DNA of 64,000 bases, taken from contig ML978127.1 in the NCBI GenBank assembly GCA_010015805.1, positions 1,302,001 through 1,366,000 on the forward strand. The letters run 5' to 3'. The stretch comes from Rhizodiscina lignyota (Eukaryota). Position numbers and translations under genes: made by a program. Position 1 is the stretch's first letter. Each line of letters starts with the position of its first letter. The notes under the pieces were generated by a model. That model made no database searches and was not told the origin of the DNA. It was given only the letters and a program-made list of their open reading frames with translations. Positions 1 to 11,511 of the stretch are shown here, piece after piece.

Positions 1-33
1 ACCGAGGCCGAGGCAGGATGAACACGCGCCCAT
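1..33 (-). CDS. N-terminus of a gene running off the left edge; MGACSSCLGLG myristoylation/palmitoylation motif, LAMTOR1/Ego1-like
   Basis: Minus-strand ATG at 33 reads ATG GGC GCG TGT TCA TCC TGC CTC GGC CTC GGT. MGxCxSC is a dual-acylation signature. Only 11 codons are visible. Confidence 0.4.
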   Translation of the reverse strand, partial: MGACSSCLGLG

Positions 34-1222
34 GGAGGGCGATGAGATCAGACTTGTGCAGTCGGGAGTGGTGTTGTGGTTGAATTGCCTCCAGGCATAT
101 GATTGTAAGAATACCTGGGGTGAGGTGGAGCAATAGGCGGGATTACGTTGAGAGAGCTGCACGTTGTACAAACTCAATATGTTGGGTTGGTCTGTTTTTG
201 GGAAGATGAGGTGTTGCTATCGGAGTGCAGGGGTGGTGGAAATTTGGGAGGGGGTTGGGTTCCTGCAGCGATCGGCGGCCGTTATTTCGCGGGTCTTGGC
301 AGCAACTGGCGTCATTCGAGCCTCACTCAACTCCCTCACCCATTCATGGACAAGCCAACCTTCTTTGAGACGGAATTGGAGTTTGAGCTTTGAGACATAA
401 CATCTGCTACATTTTTCCCAGCAACGTGCGGTCTCTTCCGAGCACTGAGAGGCTGGAGAGAATGACCCGGGCACCAGGTTCCGCAAGAATGTCTTGTCAT
501 TTTCATAACATCACACTCTTTCTCTCAGTGGACTCTTTCGCAAGTAGAAATGGACTAACAGGGCTAATCAAGCCTCAATTGCTCTTGTTTCAATTAAGCC
601 CAGTCTCCAATGCAGGAACAACTTAGTTGAGCTTCCTGGTCTCCAATCTAGCCTCCCTTTGGTGCTACGCGGTCGCTAAGGCGCGTCTCAACACGCGACT
701 TATGCATTCAATTATCTCCCTCTTTTGAGTCTAGTTCGTCCTTACGTTTCTTAAGAATGTAGATTGATAGAAAACTTCTCGAATGGATCGCCTCGCTTTG
801 TCTGCCGAAGTAAGGGGCAGGCTACCCGTGCGATCGCATACCTCCTAGCAACCGAGAATGGAAACCTCCACCACCAAGTCCCCACACGCAAAGTGCAAAC
901 GCGCCCACGAACTTCTGAAAGGGCTGGTCTTCTGCAAGGCCGTTTCTCTAATCGACGAACTAATTCATACACGGACATTCGAAGTGGCGGGCGTTCGTAT
1001 CCACGTCTCCAATACCGCGAAACTGCAAGGCACGCTCGTCCCAGGCTGCCCCTCTGCCAATGTGGCTATCACCTTGGACCTTGAGGCCGAGCCCGAAATG
1101 TCTTAGATGACCATTTCCTATAAAGTATTATGTCTTTCTTCACGGCCTCCTGACCCATCCACTCACTCATCACTCTTTATCATACCCGACGAGCATTCAT
1201 CAATCGTTTTGAGTGCTCCGTC

Positions 1223-4200
1223 ATGCCATCCACTCATTTCTTCAGCTGGCCTCGAGCCCTTTGCCTATTCTTCGCCTCCACGCAGGCTCGCGTTGCCTTG
1301 TTCGATCTATTGGAGTATCGAGCAGAAGATGCAGCCCAGAGATACGAAAATGTTCTTGAAAAGCGCCAGCAGGACTGCACTGTCGATCTCTACCTTTCCA
1401 TTCTTTCAGCGGAACCGTCAAACAGCGCATTTTGCTACAAGTTTGTCACGAACTATTACAACACTCAAACCAGCACTTCCACAGTTGTCCCAATAACGTA
1501 AGTGACATTCCACAGTCGTTGGAGGTCGACACTAATGGGCATAAGGACCGTCTACTCACAAAGTACAACCTACATCGATACAAGAATCGTGACGAGCTTG
1601 GCGACAGCCACTGTCACAAGCACTGCCACTGATACCTCATATGTTCTTCAGAAACGGGCGCCTGAACCCACGGAGAAAGCAATACTTCCAAGGCAGGATG
1701 ATCTTGCGGCTGAAGTTGGTCAAATCATCGCACGAGCCCTAGGCGACAACGGCACTTCAAGCACTACTTCAATCTCCGCGAACCAAGCGTCGTCGATAAC
1801 TTCTGCCCTGTCGAGCGGCTGCAGATGCTTAAATCTACCTCAACCTACCGTGGATACCACAACCACTCAGGCTCTATCAGTAAGTTGGCCGCCAGATATT
1901 CCGGACGCGTGCTGACCAGGACAGACGTATTACCAAGGGGGCTTCCAAATCCTTTCCGTGACCCAGAGCACGACCAGTACAGTCACCACAACCATTGTGC
2001 AGAGATCAGTGACCACTGTCTCCACAAGTTCAATTCCGAGCAGTGCCGCACCACCTCCCAGCTCCAGTTCTACCGTACCAATAGTGAACGAGATCAATTG
2101 TCCTGCCGCCGACAATACTACCGATAGCGTCATGATTGGCGATCATCGCTATGACTTCCTTATTCTTTGCAACACGAATGCTACCGGGGCAAGCTCGCTT
2201 TTAATGCTCCCAGTTGGGTCCGCAGCCGACTGTGCGGCAGCCTGTTCAGAATACGACAATGGCCTCAATGGCGACCCCTGCCGCACGTGGACCTTTGAAA
2301 ACATGGCCTGCACATTGTACAGCGGTGGAGCAGGTTTTAGCACAAGCTCCGACGGATCACTCCCAATCACTGGTACTCTCCTCCGAATCGCTGTCGGATC
2401 GAATACCACCAATGCCTCTGATATTAGCACTGCTTCTAGCTCCGTCGACACGTCCGCAGTCATTGCTTCCATCACGAGCGGAGTCACGCATATGAATCCG
2501 CCTTCCACATTCCAGACTGGTGGTACAACTGGGACCGAGAGCTGTTTCAGCAGTGGAACGACATACTCAAACGGCAATTACACCTACTCGTGGGGATGTT
2601 ATTCAACCAGCTCTTGGTGGCAAGAGACTTACTCTACATACTCAAATGTGTACGAATCCAACACTACAATCGTTCGCTCCATTGCTGGAGGCGCCCAGAC
2701 AATCACTGGCAGCGCAGGATCTGGAGGCGGAAATGGTGGGGTTGGCGGTGGAGTCATAACTACTATTAGCGGCCAAGCCACAACCCTTTCCGGAGCTTAC
2801 TCAACGGGTGCGGTCGGTGGAGGAGGAGGCAGCATTGGTGGAAATGGTGGTGGGAACGGCGGGAACGGCGGCGGAGCAGGAGGTGCTACGCCTTCAGTTA
2901 CTGCCAGCATCGTGGCTCCAACCGGCTCGCAAAACTCAACCTACACGACAACAGTTGTTGGAAATTCTTCCACCATTGTTTATGTCATCTCGAACGGCGC
3001 CAGCGGCGCTGTTACACTCAGCACTGGCGGCGTCGGCGGTGGCTTCGCTGGAGGCTCAGGAGGGAGCACTGGCGGCGTCGGTGGTGGAGCCGGTGGAGGC
3101 GTGGGAGGAGGCACTGGAGGCGTCGGGGGTGGCCTTGGGACCGGGGGTCCGACAACAATTACACTTGGCACCGCTTTCACGTCTGTCTCCGTTGCGTCAA
3201 ATATTCAAAGCGGTGGTGGTGCTTTCTCGACTGGCGGCGCTGGTGGCGGTGTCCTCCTCTCGACCGGTGGTGCTGGTGGAGGCGCTGGCTCTGCTTCGCC
3301 ATCGAGTGAGACTATCATTTACACATACATCAACACGACGGTCACGATCACATCGAGCCCGAGCAGTGGCATGCTGGTAGGCTCCACTGGCGGTGTTGGA
3401 GGAGGCGTCGTGCCCACGAACATCACCAGTGTCTTCACGAACGGGACGACCGTAGTCAGCATCGGCTCCGCCATTTCCAGTGGTGGAGGCATCGTGTCTT
3501 CGGGTGGTGCAGGAGGAGGCCATATCGGCGCGACTGGTGGAACCGGAGGCGGAAGCTTTGGCAATTCTGGAGCACCCCGTGGACCTGGATCTGTCCCATC
3601 CTCTGTTCCTTATGGAGCATTTAGCGACACCGGCGCACCTCGTGGCCCTGGAAACGTACCATCTTCTGTTGCACCTAGTTCCCCCATTGGGACGGGTGGA
3701 AGCACCGGCATCCTTTCAAATAGTGTCAATTCAACCGCCGGCGGAAGTTTCAGCAATACCGGAGCCCCCCGTGGACCAGGCTCAGTCACCTCCAGCGCTC
3801 CCGCTGGCACCGGTCCAAGCACTGGTGTGCCTTATAACAGTGCCAATTCGACAGGTGGCGGCAGCTTCAGCAACACAGGCGCTCCTCGCGGTCCCGGAAA
3901 TGTGCCGTCTTCTGTTCCTTATGGTGCCTTCAACAACAGCGGCGCTCCTCGTGGGCCGGGATCTGTTACTTCCGGCTCACCTGCCGGCACTGGTCCAAGC
4001 ACTGGTGTGCCTTCTAACAGTGCCAATTCCACAGGTGGTGGCAGCTTCAGCGACACCGGTGCAAATCGAGGACCATATTTCCCGTCAAGCTCTCCCATGG
4101 GGACTGGTCCGAGCACTGGCGTACCTTCGAACAGCATAAACTCGACGACAAGTGGCCCAACCGGTACTGCAGGCGGCAGCTTCAGTAATAGCGGTGCTCC

Positions 4201-5131
4201 TCGTGGACCTGGTTCAGTGTCATCGGTCTTCGCGAACAGCTCCAGCACGAGGCCTACTGCCGTCATTGCAACGGGGCCATCGAGCGGCTTCCCAATATCA
4301 TCGAGGAATTCCAGTATCCCAAGTACCTGCCCTTGCACTTCGTCAACGCCGACATCGTCTTGCCCCACAGCTACACCAGTTACAGTGACAGTAACGACTA
4401 CCATCTACCCTTCAAGCTGTGCATCTTCTTCGACTACGCCTCTTGGCGCCCCACCAGCCTATGGCGGAGTGCCTCCATTCTTCCAAGGCTCAGTCCTCGG
4501 TCCACAGACTCCACCATCGCACACATCGCAAACCACATCAGCGTCGGGTTCCGGCTCAGTAGCCACTCCATCTATCGGCCGTCGTGTCGCGGGACAAACT
4601 GCTTCGCCTGAGCAAATCGCGCAAGCCTGCTTTTGGACCCTGGAGCCTACACCAGTGAACCTCGTCGTGAACCCCGGCTTCGAAATGACCGACTCGTCCC
4701 AAGATGCACTTGATTGGACCTCCAGCACGTCTTCGCAACAAGTCATCTACTTCGATGCCGTGGACCCGACCCAACATACACCCAACGGCACGCATCTTGC
4801 ACGCATTGTAGCATCGCAGGCTAATGCCGCTCTTACGCTGTCTCAGCCGCTCACGCTGTGCGAGAATAGCACGTACACTGTAAGCATATGGAGCAGGCAG
4901 ACAAATTCCGCAATGCAATGCAGTGCGACCGTGGTGCTGGGCGGCACGACGGTACTTGTGGCAGATGGATTCCAAACGAATTGGACGCAGCAAACAGGAA
5001 CGTACTCTGCCAACGGCACAGTCCAGGGCGCCAGCGCGGATATCAATATTGGAGTGACCTGCGTGGGTACTGCTGGGTCGGATGGCACGCTTGTCATGGA
5101 GCTCGATGATGTTTCGGTTATGGGGATGTAG
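1223..5131 (+). CDS. Large secreted Ser/Thr/Gly-rich cell-surface protein (~1271 aa): Cys-rich PAN/apple-like module, Gly-rich region, GAPRGPG repeats, C-terminal CBM_4_9-like domain
   Basis: Exons 1223-1497, 1546-1879 and 1925-5131 are joined in frame by GTAAGT introns 1498-1545 and 1880-1924, both with branch sites. Hydrophobic N-terminus, KR sites, C..C..DCAAAC..C..C module, and NLVVNPGFE at the start of the C-terminal domain. Confidence 0.8.
3556..4222 (+). repeat. Seven imperfect coding repeats, consensus F(S/G/N)(N/D)(S/T)GAPRGPG(S/N)V
   Basis: Visible in the translation of ORF 1958..5131: six GAPRGPG copies plus one GANRGPY variant, with spacers such as GTGPSTGVP.NS.NSTGGGS. Confidence 0.9.
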
Positions 5132-5506
5132 AAGCGGAAGTGGACAATAGTAAGTAGACGGATGACGAACTCTCAGAGACGAGAGGGATCCAAGAAAGCA
5201 AAGGGAAATGAACACTGGGCAACGGCGTTACAGAACATACTTAGCCATGATTGCAGGTCTTTCGAGCTCTTGTTTCATTTTTCGTTGGTTTCAAAAGCCA
5301 TGTTTAGACATCTTGATTCCTTGCCGTTGATTCGGTTCAGGTAGCTGCGCAGGTCGAAATTGATATCTTAATGAGAAGAATAGAACATTGCTATCATTGA
5401 GACATTATTCTGCAGTTATGGTACATTGGCAACAATCGGAAACAGTGCATGTGAAAGACTTGAACGACATTGTGTGACGCATTCGAGATGCAAAGTTGCA
5501 CGACCT

Positions 5507-6217
5507 TTAGACAAGATAGCCAAACACGGCCAACACGAATGCAAGGCCGCCGCCGATCTCAGCATGGGCGTTCGCGGCGCCAGTGAACAGACTTGTGGGA
5601 GGCTGTGTGAAGCTGCCAGCGCCAGTGCCAGTTGGGAGAACCTTCGGAGTGGTTGACGAGGAAGTTGGGAATGGCGGTGCAGATGAAGAGGGCGTTGAGG
5701 AGACAACCGGTGCCGGCGCAGATGAGGGCGTCGACGAAACAACCGGAGCAGACGACGGCGTGGTAGCCACGACAGAGGAGGACGCTGAGGACGAGGATGC
5801 CGCTGCAGAGCTTGGAGGCAGAGGCGACGTGTTGAAGTCTGGTGGGAGCGAGACGCCATTCGCGCGAGCGCATTCCTTCGGGTCGTCACCATCAGGGCAG
5901 CAGTAGCCTTGAGTAAGGCAGAATGAGCCTCCGGGGCAAGCATCTGGGTGTTTCTGTCAGTACAAAGATTCAGCGTCCCGAGAACAGATGAACTTACAGC
6001 CTTCTTTGCAGCACACGTCGCCTCGAGAGGGAATGGTACACCACTGAGTACCGCAGGGCAGCTGGCCAGATGGGCAAGTGTCGCCCACTACAACAGAGCC
6101 AGGTATGAAGGAGTCCCCGCCCTGACGCTTCACGAGAGCGAAAGGAGCGGCATCATACACCGTCGCACTGGCAACGGCTGCTACACCAGCGAGCGTGAGG
6201 ATGGTAGTGAATTGCAT
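5507..6217 (-). CDS. Small secreted Cys-rich, Ser/Pro/Thr-stalked, probably GPI-anchored protein
   Basis: Signal peptide [18 protein letters not shown] and a KR site. Intron 5944-5997 joins ...DVCCKEG to [19 protein letters not shown]. Low-complexity stalk, then FTGAA plus a hydrophobic C-terminal tail. Confidence 0.85.
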
Positions 6218-7710
6218 TTTGATAGTAGAGTATTGCGATGCAAAAACGAACGTGTGAGAAGAGCTGAAATGACACGACTTTCGATTTTGGAGGAAGGAAA
6301 CGATAGTTTGTACTTATGAGAGGGCAGCTAGAGTGGCGACTGTCACCACAATCTACATAGGCTCTATACTTAGGCCACTAGCTGAAGTTGTCTGCAAGCT
6401 AGATCCTACGAAACAAAATCGAGCGGGTGAATACGAGCATCGTGGAAGGAGTCACTCGCTGGAAAATTGACCATGCGCCACAAATAGGGCACAATAGCAG
6501 TCTAAACCGACAGATCACAGCCAGTGGTTTTGCGGCTGCAAGGTACAGTCTAGTTTGATGGGCGACAAGGCTGGGCGTTGACGGAAGTTCCCATACGAGG
6601 CGCTGCCCGCGCCTAGTTTGATGCGGGGAGCCCTTGGTGGAGGCTGGGGAACGATTGGGATATGCAACTTGACTCGAAATTAGGACTTGGCGACAAGACA
6701 AAAGAAAGTATTGACTTGCAGATCGAGGAGATTTGACGGTTCTCATACGTAGAAGGAAATGAAAAAAGGGAGGGGGAGGATTCTCAGTAACAGGGCAAAC
6801 AGAACACAGACGAAGAGGAAAAGCTCACGCTAGACTACCACAGGGCTAAAGTGAACATCAACTGGATAAGAACAATTGCTTTTTCATTCTGATCAGGCGT
6901 TGTGGCTGCGATGCATGCGTTCCTTCAATGGTTGTGGCAGAAGAGCCTGTGTCAGTCACTCTCACCGGTCAACACAGGAATCTGTAGGTGGCTCTAGACC
7001 AGACTTGACATGGTGCAAGGGTATAGAGTAACCACGTTGACCAGGTTGAAGTGCTTAAAGTGTGCCTTGCCGTTACATATATTGAGGTTGTAACGTTAAT
7101 TTATTGTTGATGATGTACGAAAGAGGAAGCTAGACTAGGAGGCGACGGCGAGAAGAGGTTCGAACGACCAGCCCCGCCAGACGACGAAATTACGTAATCG
7201 CAGGGTTCGGAGAATTGGCCGATAGGTATCAAAACCGCTGCAATGACTTCAACTTGTGTATGAATCAGAGTATTGAGTTATACGGGATTCATCTCGATCT
7301 CTCTTCTCAGCGTTCCCGAAGGTATCAGAGCATGTAGATGCGGGATTTCCGAGTATCGCAGGACTTCTTGCCGAGACCGAATTACTTTGGGGTTCAAAGC
7401 TTTGTCCGGCACATCAAATTCAATCCAGCGAGTTCGTTTCCATAGAGCTATTAAAGTGCTCCTGCCATAGGCCACCTCACGAGAGCCAGAATTGCTGACC
7501 TTGATGAAGGTTGAATCTTTGCTGCAGAATCTAATTTTGCTCTTCTAGACTCGAGGTAGCATATCTGGAGGCCTGATTAGATACGCACCAGACGGGACTT
7601 GTTCGCAGTGCACAGCTTAAGCGTGGATAAGACGTATTGTCTGAAGAGCATACATATCGTTCCAATTCAGTGCATCGTTGAAGGGCAACGTTTTTGTCAC
7701 CTCCAAGACC

Positions 7711-9039
7711 ATGTCATCAAAGTCAACTTCGGCATACACCAAGCCTCGGATTATCATCCATGGCGGAGCTGGTAACATCTCACACTCGACCCTCCCACCA
7801 GATCGTCAAATTGCGTATAAGTCATCCATGCTCAGAATCATCTCCTCGGCGCGTTCTCTTTTGAAGGAAGGTCATACAGCTCTCGACGTCGCAACCCATG
7901 CTGTCACACTGTTCGAAAATGATCCTCTCTTTAATTGCGGACGGGGGGCAGTGTTTACCCGGTCTGGTACGATCGAACTTGAAGCTAGTATTATGGTGTC
8001 ACGAGGCTATCGCAAACGAGGCGTCGGTTGCATGTTGCTGAAGCACATAAAGCATCCGATACAGCTTGCACGGGAAATGTTGATTAGAGGGGAAGAGGAA
8101 GATGGGAAGGGAGGCGGTGCTTACGCGCATAGTCAGCTTAGCGGCAAGGAGCTGGAGCGACTCGCAGGGGAATGGGGACTGGAGTTGGTGGATCCGAAAT
8201 GGTTTTGGACGAGACGTCGGTGGGAAGAGCATCTGAAGGGACTGGAGAGGGAGAACAAAAATCTCGCCGACATTGAAGAAAAGACGCCCGATATAACCGA
8301 ACCTCATTTCGACGGCGATGATCCTTCTTGGGATGGACATGAGTATCTACCTCAAGGGACTGTTGGAGCGGTTGTCCTTGATCATTATGGGACTCTGTGT
8401 GTTGCAACGTCGACAGGAGGTCTCACAAACAAGTTGCCAGGCCGCATTGGTGACACGCCGACTCTTGGTGCTGGTTTCTGGGCAGAAGAGTGGGAGGACC
8501 AAGATATCGAACCTGCTAATACGATGCAGTACGCGCCGACCGGAACACCAAGCGAAATTGAAATGCCTTGGGTGGCGTCATTCGTTGAAACATTTAGAGA
8601 ATGTTTGCCCGTGTTGTCCAATCGGCCGAGATATTATCGGCCAATTGTTCAGGCCGTTCCGAGCTTTTCTCAGCATCTTGAGTCTGCAAAGCAAGAGTAT
8701 ACCGACAAGATTCACGCTGTTGCAATGTCTGGGACAGGAAACGGCGACTCTTTCCTCCGTGTAGCAGCTGCACGTACTGCGGCGGCGATGACGCGCTTTT
8801 CTCAGCTTAAGTTACCTTTAGCGACAGCGGTGACCCAAGTAGCAGGGCCATGTGGCGAGTTGCAGCGATCTGCAGGTGATAGATGGGGCAGGACCGGTGA
8901 GGGCGAGGGTGGTTTAATTGGTATAGAGCTTATGCATGGGAAGGGTAGGGTCGTATGGGACTTCAACTGTGGCGGGATGTTTAGGGCCTGGCTAGACGAA
9001 GAGGATAAAGCACAGTGGTTGGTCTTCAGAGAGTCTTGA
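7711..9039 (+). CDS. L-asparaginase/isoaspartyl peptidase, asparaginase-2 (Ntn-hydrolase) family
   Basis: IIIHGGAG, FENDPLFNCGRGAVF, ELEASIM, autocleavage site G|TVGAV, ATSTGG..KLPGRIGDTP, SGTGNGD. First ATG is at 7711. Confidence 0.93.
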   Translation: MSSKSTSAYTKPRIIIHGGAGNISHSTLPPDRQIAYKSSMLRIISSARSLLKEGHTALDVATHAVTLFENDPLFNCGRGAVFTRSGTIELEASIMVSRGYRKRGVGCMLLKHIKHPIQLAREMLIRGEEEDGKGGGAYAHSQLSGKELERLAGEWGLELVDPKWFWTRRRWEEHLKGLERENKNLADIEEKTPDITEPHFDGDDPSWDGHEYLPQGTVGAVVLDHYGTLCVATSTGGLTNKLPGRIGDTPTLGAGFWAEEWEDQDIEPANTMQYAPTGTPSEIEMPWVASFVETFRECLPVLSNRPRYYRPIVQAVPSFSQHLESAKQEYTDKIHAVAMSGTGNGDSFLRVAAARTAAAMTRFSQLKLPLATAVTQVAGPCGELQRSAGDRWGRTGEGEGGLIGIELMHGKGRVVWDFNCGGMFRAWLDEEDKAQWLVFRES

Positions 9040-11133
9040 TGGCGTGGCACACCTTTCAAGGTGAGAATTATAGAATCAGGCAGGCCTATCTCCTCTCGAA
9101 GACGGAAGAATTCTTGGCCAAGTTGGCTTTACGTGACAACTCGGGCGGCTCCATAGTGTCACATCCAGTCTCCAGGACAAAGCGGATTAAGACGACGGTG
9201 CAACCTTGAATAATAGACAGACACCATTTGTAGAAATTGAACATCACCGCAAACCACTCGAGACAATGATTTGCTCCGAGAGGTTTGGTAGCGCTGTGGA
9301 GTATCGAGTGAAACCACGTGACATGGATTGATTGGCTCCCAGGAACGCGGCTCGGTTAGGTGCATGCTGCAGTAACCAAGCGAAAAGGCGCGCGAGAAAC
9401 AAAAAGAATTGCAAATCATCGAAGGCTGATATTGGAGAGCTGGAGGTGGATATGTTGATCGGTGCTTCGTGGACACGTGGGTCGCCTCCAGCGCTTCGCT
9501 CTGATCGAATAAGCGTCGAGGGACGCGAGGTACAGCGATAGCACCCTGTAAGTGGACCAAAACGGATGACACGCAACCTGTGAGAGGTAAAAGGGTGGGC
9601 TGACGATATATCTGCCTGATCTCCCAGCTCTTCTCCTGCACTTGATGCCCATCCGGACTGCTTTCGCTACCATCTCCTCCTGACATACGAACGAGACAAA
9701 CATAGAGTTCTTACCGAGCAAAGAAACTACCTGAAGCATATATTTGGTCAGCGACTCTCAAAACGGGATATATTCAAACTTGTAATCAAGACAAATGCCC
9801 TACCGTAACGCCTGTGTTACATCCAGAGGTGAGAATCAGGACCCTGAGAAAAATTCAACCGCGGTATTAAAGGTGTTGCGCTGACGATTGATTAATTCAA
9901 AGTACGAAGAGAGAGTTTCGCTTTTACGAATACCGATCGGCACTGAACAAAATTGCGCATCTCCACTGTGTCGTCTGTCCGGATTCGAACATCCACTTAC
10001 AACTTGCCACGTCAGCCAAAGACCAAGAACGATTTCAGATACGCAAAGGATGGGAGGTTGCATTATTCGGGAAGCAGTGTGTAAGGAATATAATTTGAGA
10101 GGTTTGGGCTTCATGTAACAGAGACGGCCCGAGCAGAAAAGGAGTGAGTATGATAAAGAGGCTCCCATACTTTGTGAGTGCTACTTGAGAGAAACCAGAG
10201 AGTACGAAGCGAGAATCACAATTGTAAGAGGACACACTAGGTGCAAGGACATGGCACGCCGTTGAGGATCGTAGCGAAAGGCGCAACCAGGCCCTGGAGA
10301 GCGCTCTGGTGAAGGAGGAGGTGGAAACCATGCTGCTGCCGAAGCACGGGTTTGCCTTCGGTTGTACGTCTTCTGCGCTACTGCACATTCAAGAAGCAAA
10401 CGTCTTCATGGATCTCCACGGGGAGCCCGGAACCACCCAGTCGAGCGAGCATGCATTCCTCATGGCAGGTCAGGAGAAGATACTGAGTGCAGAAAGACAC
10501 AGGGGAGCCGCAGAGAAAAAGGAATGGGAAATGCGCTAGGGCAGCCAGGCTGTATCCGGCTTAGCGCCATCGATCACGTGGCCCCGTCACACTTTCGTTT
10601 TGTACCCCGCTCCGACGCGACCGTTTCTCCGACCTCATCTCTTCAACTCATCCGCGAGGACATGGCCATCCATCGATTTCCATCATGGCGCGTATCTCGA
10701 ACGTTTCCTGTCACCTGTGGGCAGCTTCACCGGTGAGCGACGGCGGTGTTGCGGCACGCTTGCAAGGGAGACCATCTAAACGCAGTGGGACGGGCCATTT
10801 CGAATAGCCGAGTCAATCGGATTGGACCCCTTCGAGCCCGGACTGTCACATCAGCGGCTACGGATTCGGCCTCAAAGCAAAGCGAAGCGCCAATGGTGTG
10901 ACAAAGAAGACTCGTTTCAATTCTTCCCTCAGGGAGCTACATGAAAACAGCGACCGACTACCTGTCGACTTCTGCAATTTCCAATTTTGCCTTATCATCC
11001 GCGCCTCGATATCAACCAATGCCTCAACTCCACCGCCAAGTATCCAACCGAAAGGATCGTGGCTTCTCATGAAGGAAAGATGAAACTACAGAACAGAAAT
11101 TTGGCTGGTGTACATGAATCGAAGAGGCGCTTC

Positions 11134-11511
11134 TCACTGGTACGCCTGGTACTGGGATTGATAAGGCTGCGACTGGGCGCCAATGGCGTTGAGTTTCTTC
11201 TGTTTTTCACTCCAAAGCTTCTGAATCTCCTCCTCCAATTCGTTGATGGTGTCACGCGCTTTCTCAATGGACGCCTTGTATTTATGCGGCTCCTTCATCC
11301 ATCGCTGGATCCGTTCAGCCTCTTGCTGTTGTCGGCGGCGCTTGGTCTGGATCTTGTCGCAAGTTTTGCAGTTCTCTTGGACGTTGACGGTTGCCATGAT
11401 AAGTTTCATGCCGCATGTTTCACCGATGCGGTATTCGCGGTTGCAGTGTTGTCGAAAGTGGCTCCACTTCCAGTCACCGCACTTGAATCTGATTTGCTCA
11501 AAGAAGCACAT
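11134..11511 (-). CDS. Conserved-looking small fungal protein (125 aa) with Cys-rich N-terminus and C-terminal coiled coil
   Basis: Clean ORF with AAAATG context. MCFF..RFKCGDWKW..FRQHC.REYR.GETCGMKL and CKTC resemble hypothetical proteins I recall from Pezizomycotina. Two spliceable introns lie upstream of the ATG. Confidence 0.8.
   Translation of the reverse strand: MCFFEQIRFKCGDWKWSHFRQHCNREYRIGETCGMKLIMATVNVQENCKTCDKIQTKRRRQQQEAERIQRWMKEPHKYKASIEKARDTINELEEEIQKLWSEKQKKLNAIGAQSQPYQSQYQAYQ

Noticed and set aside
3556..4222. Repeats as a possible fungal RiPP (dikaritin/KEP) precursor
   Set aside because: The repeats are not bounded by KR/KK sites, they sit inside a large multidomain protein, and no DUF3328/UstY gene is nearby.
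9159..10736. Several 70-175-aa ORFs and scattered splice-like signals
   Set aside because: I could not build a consistent gene model or recognise a family. A degenerate or orphan gene is not excluded.
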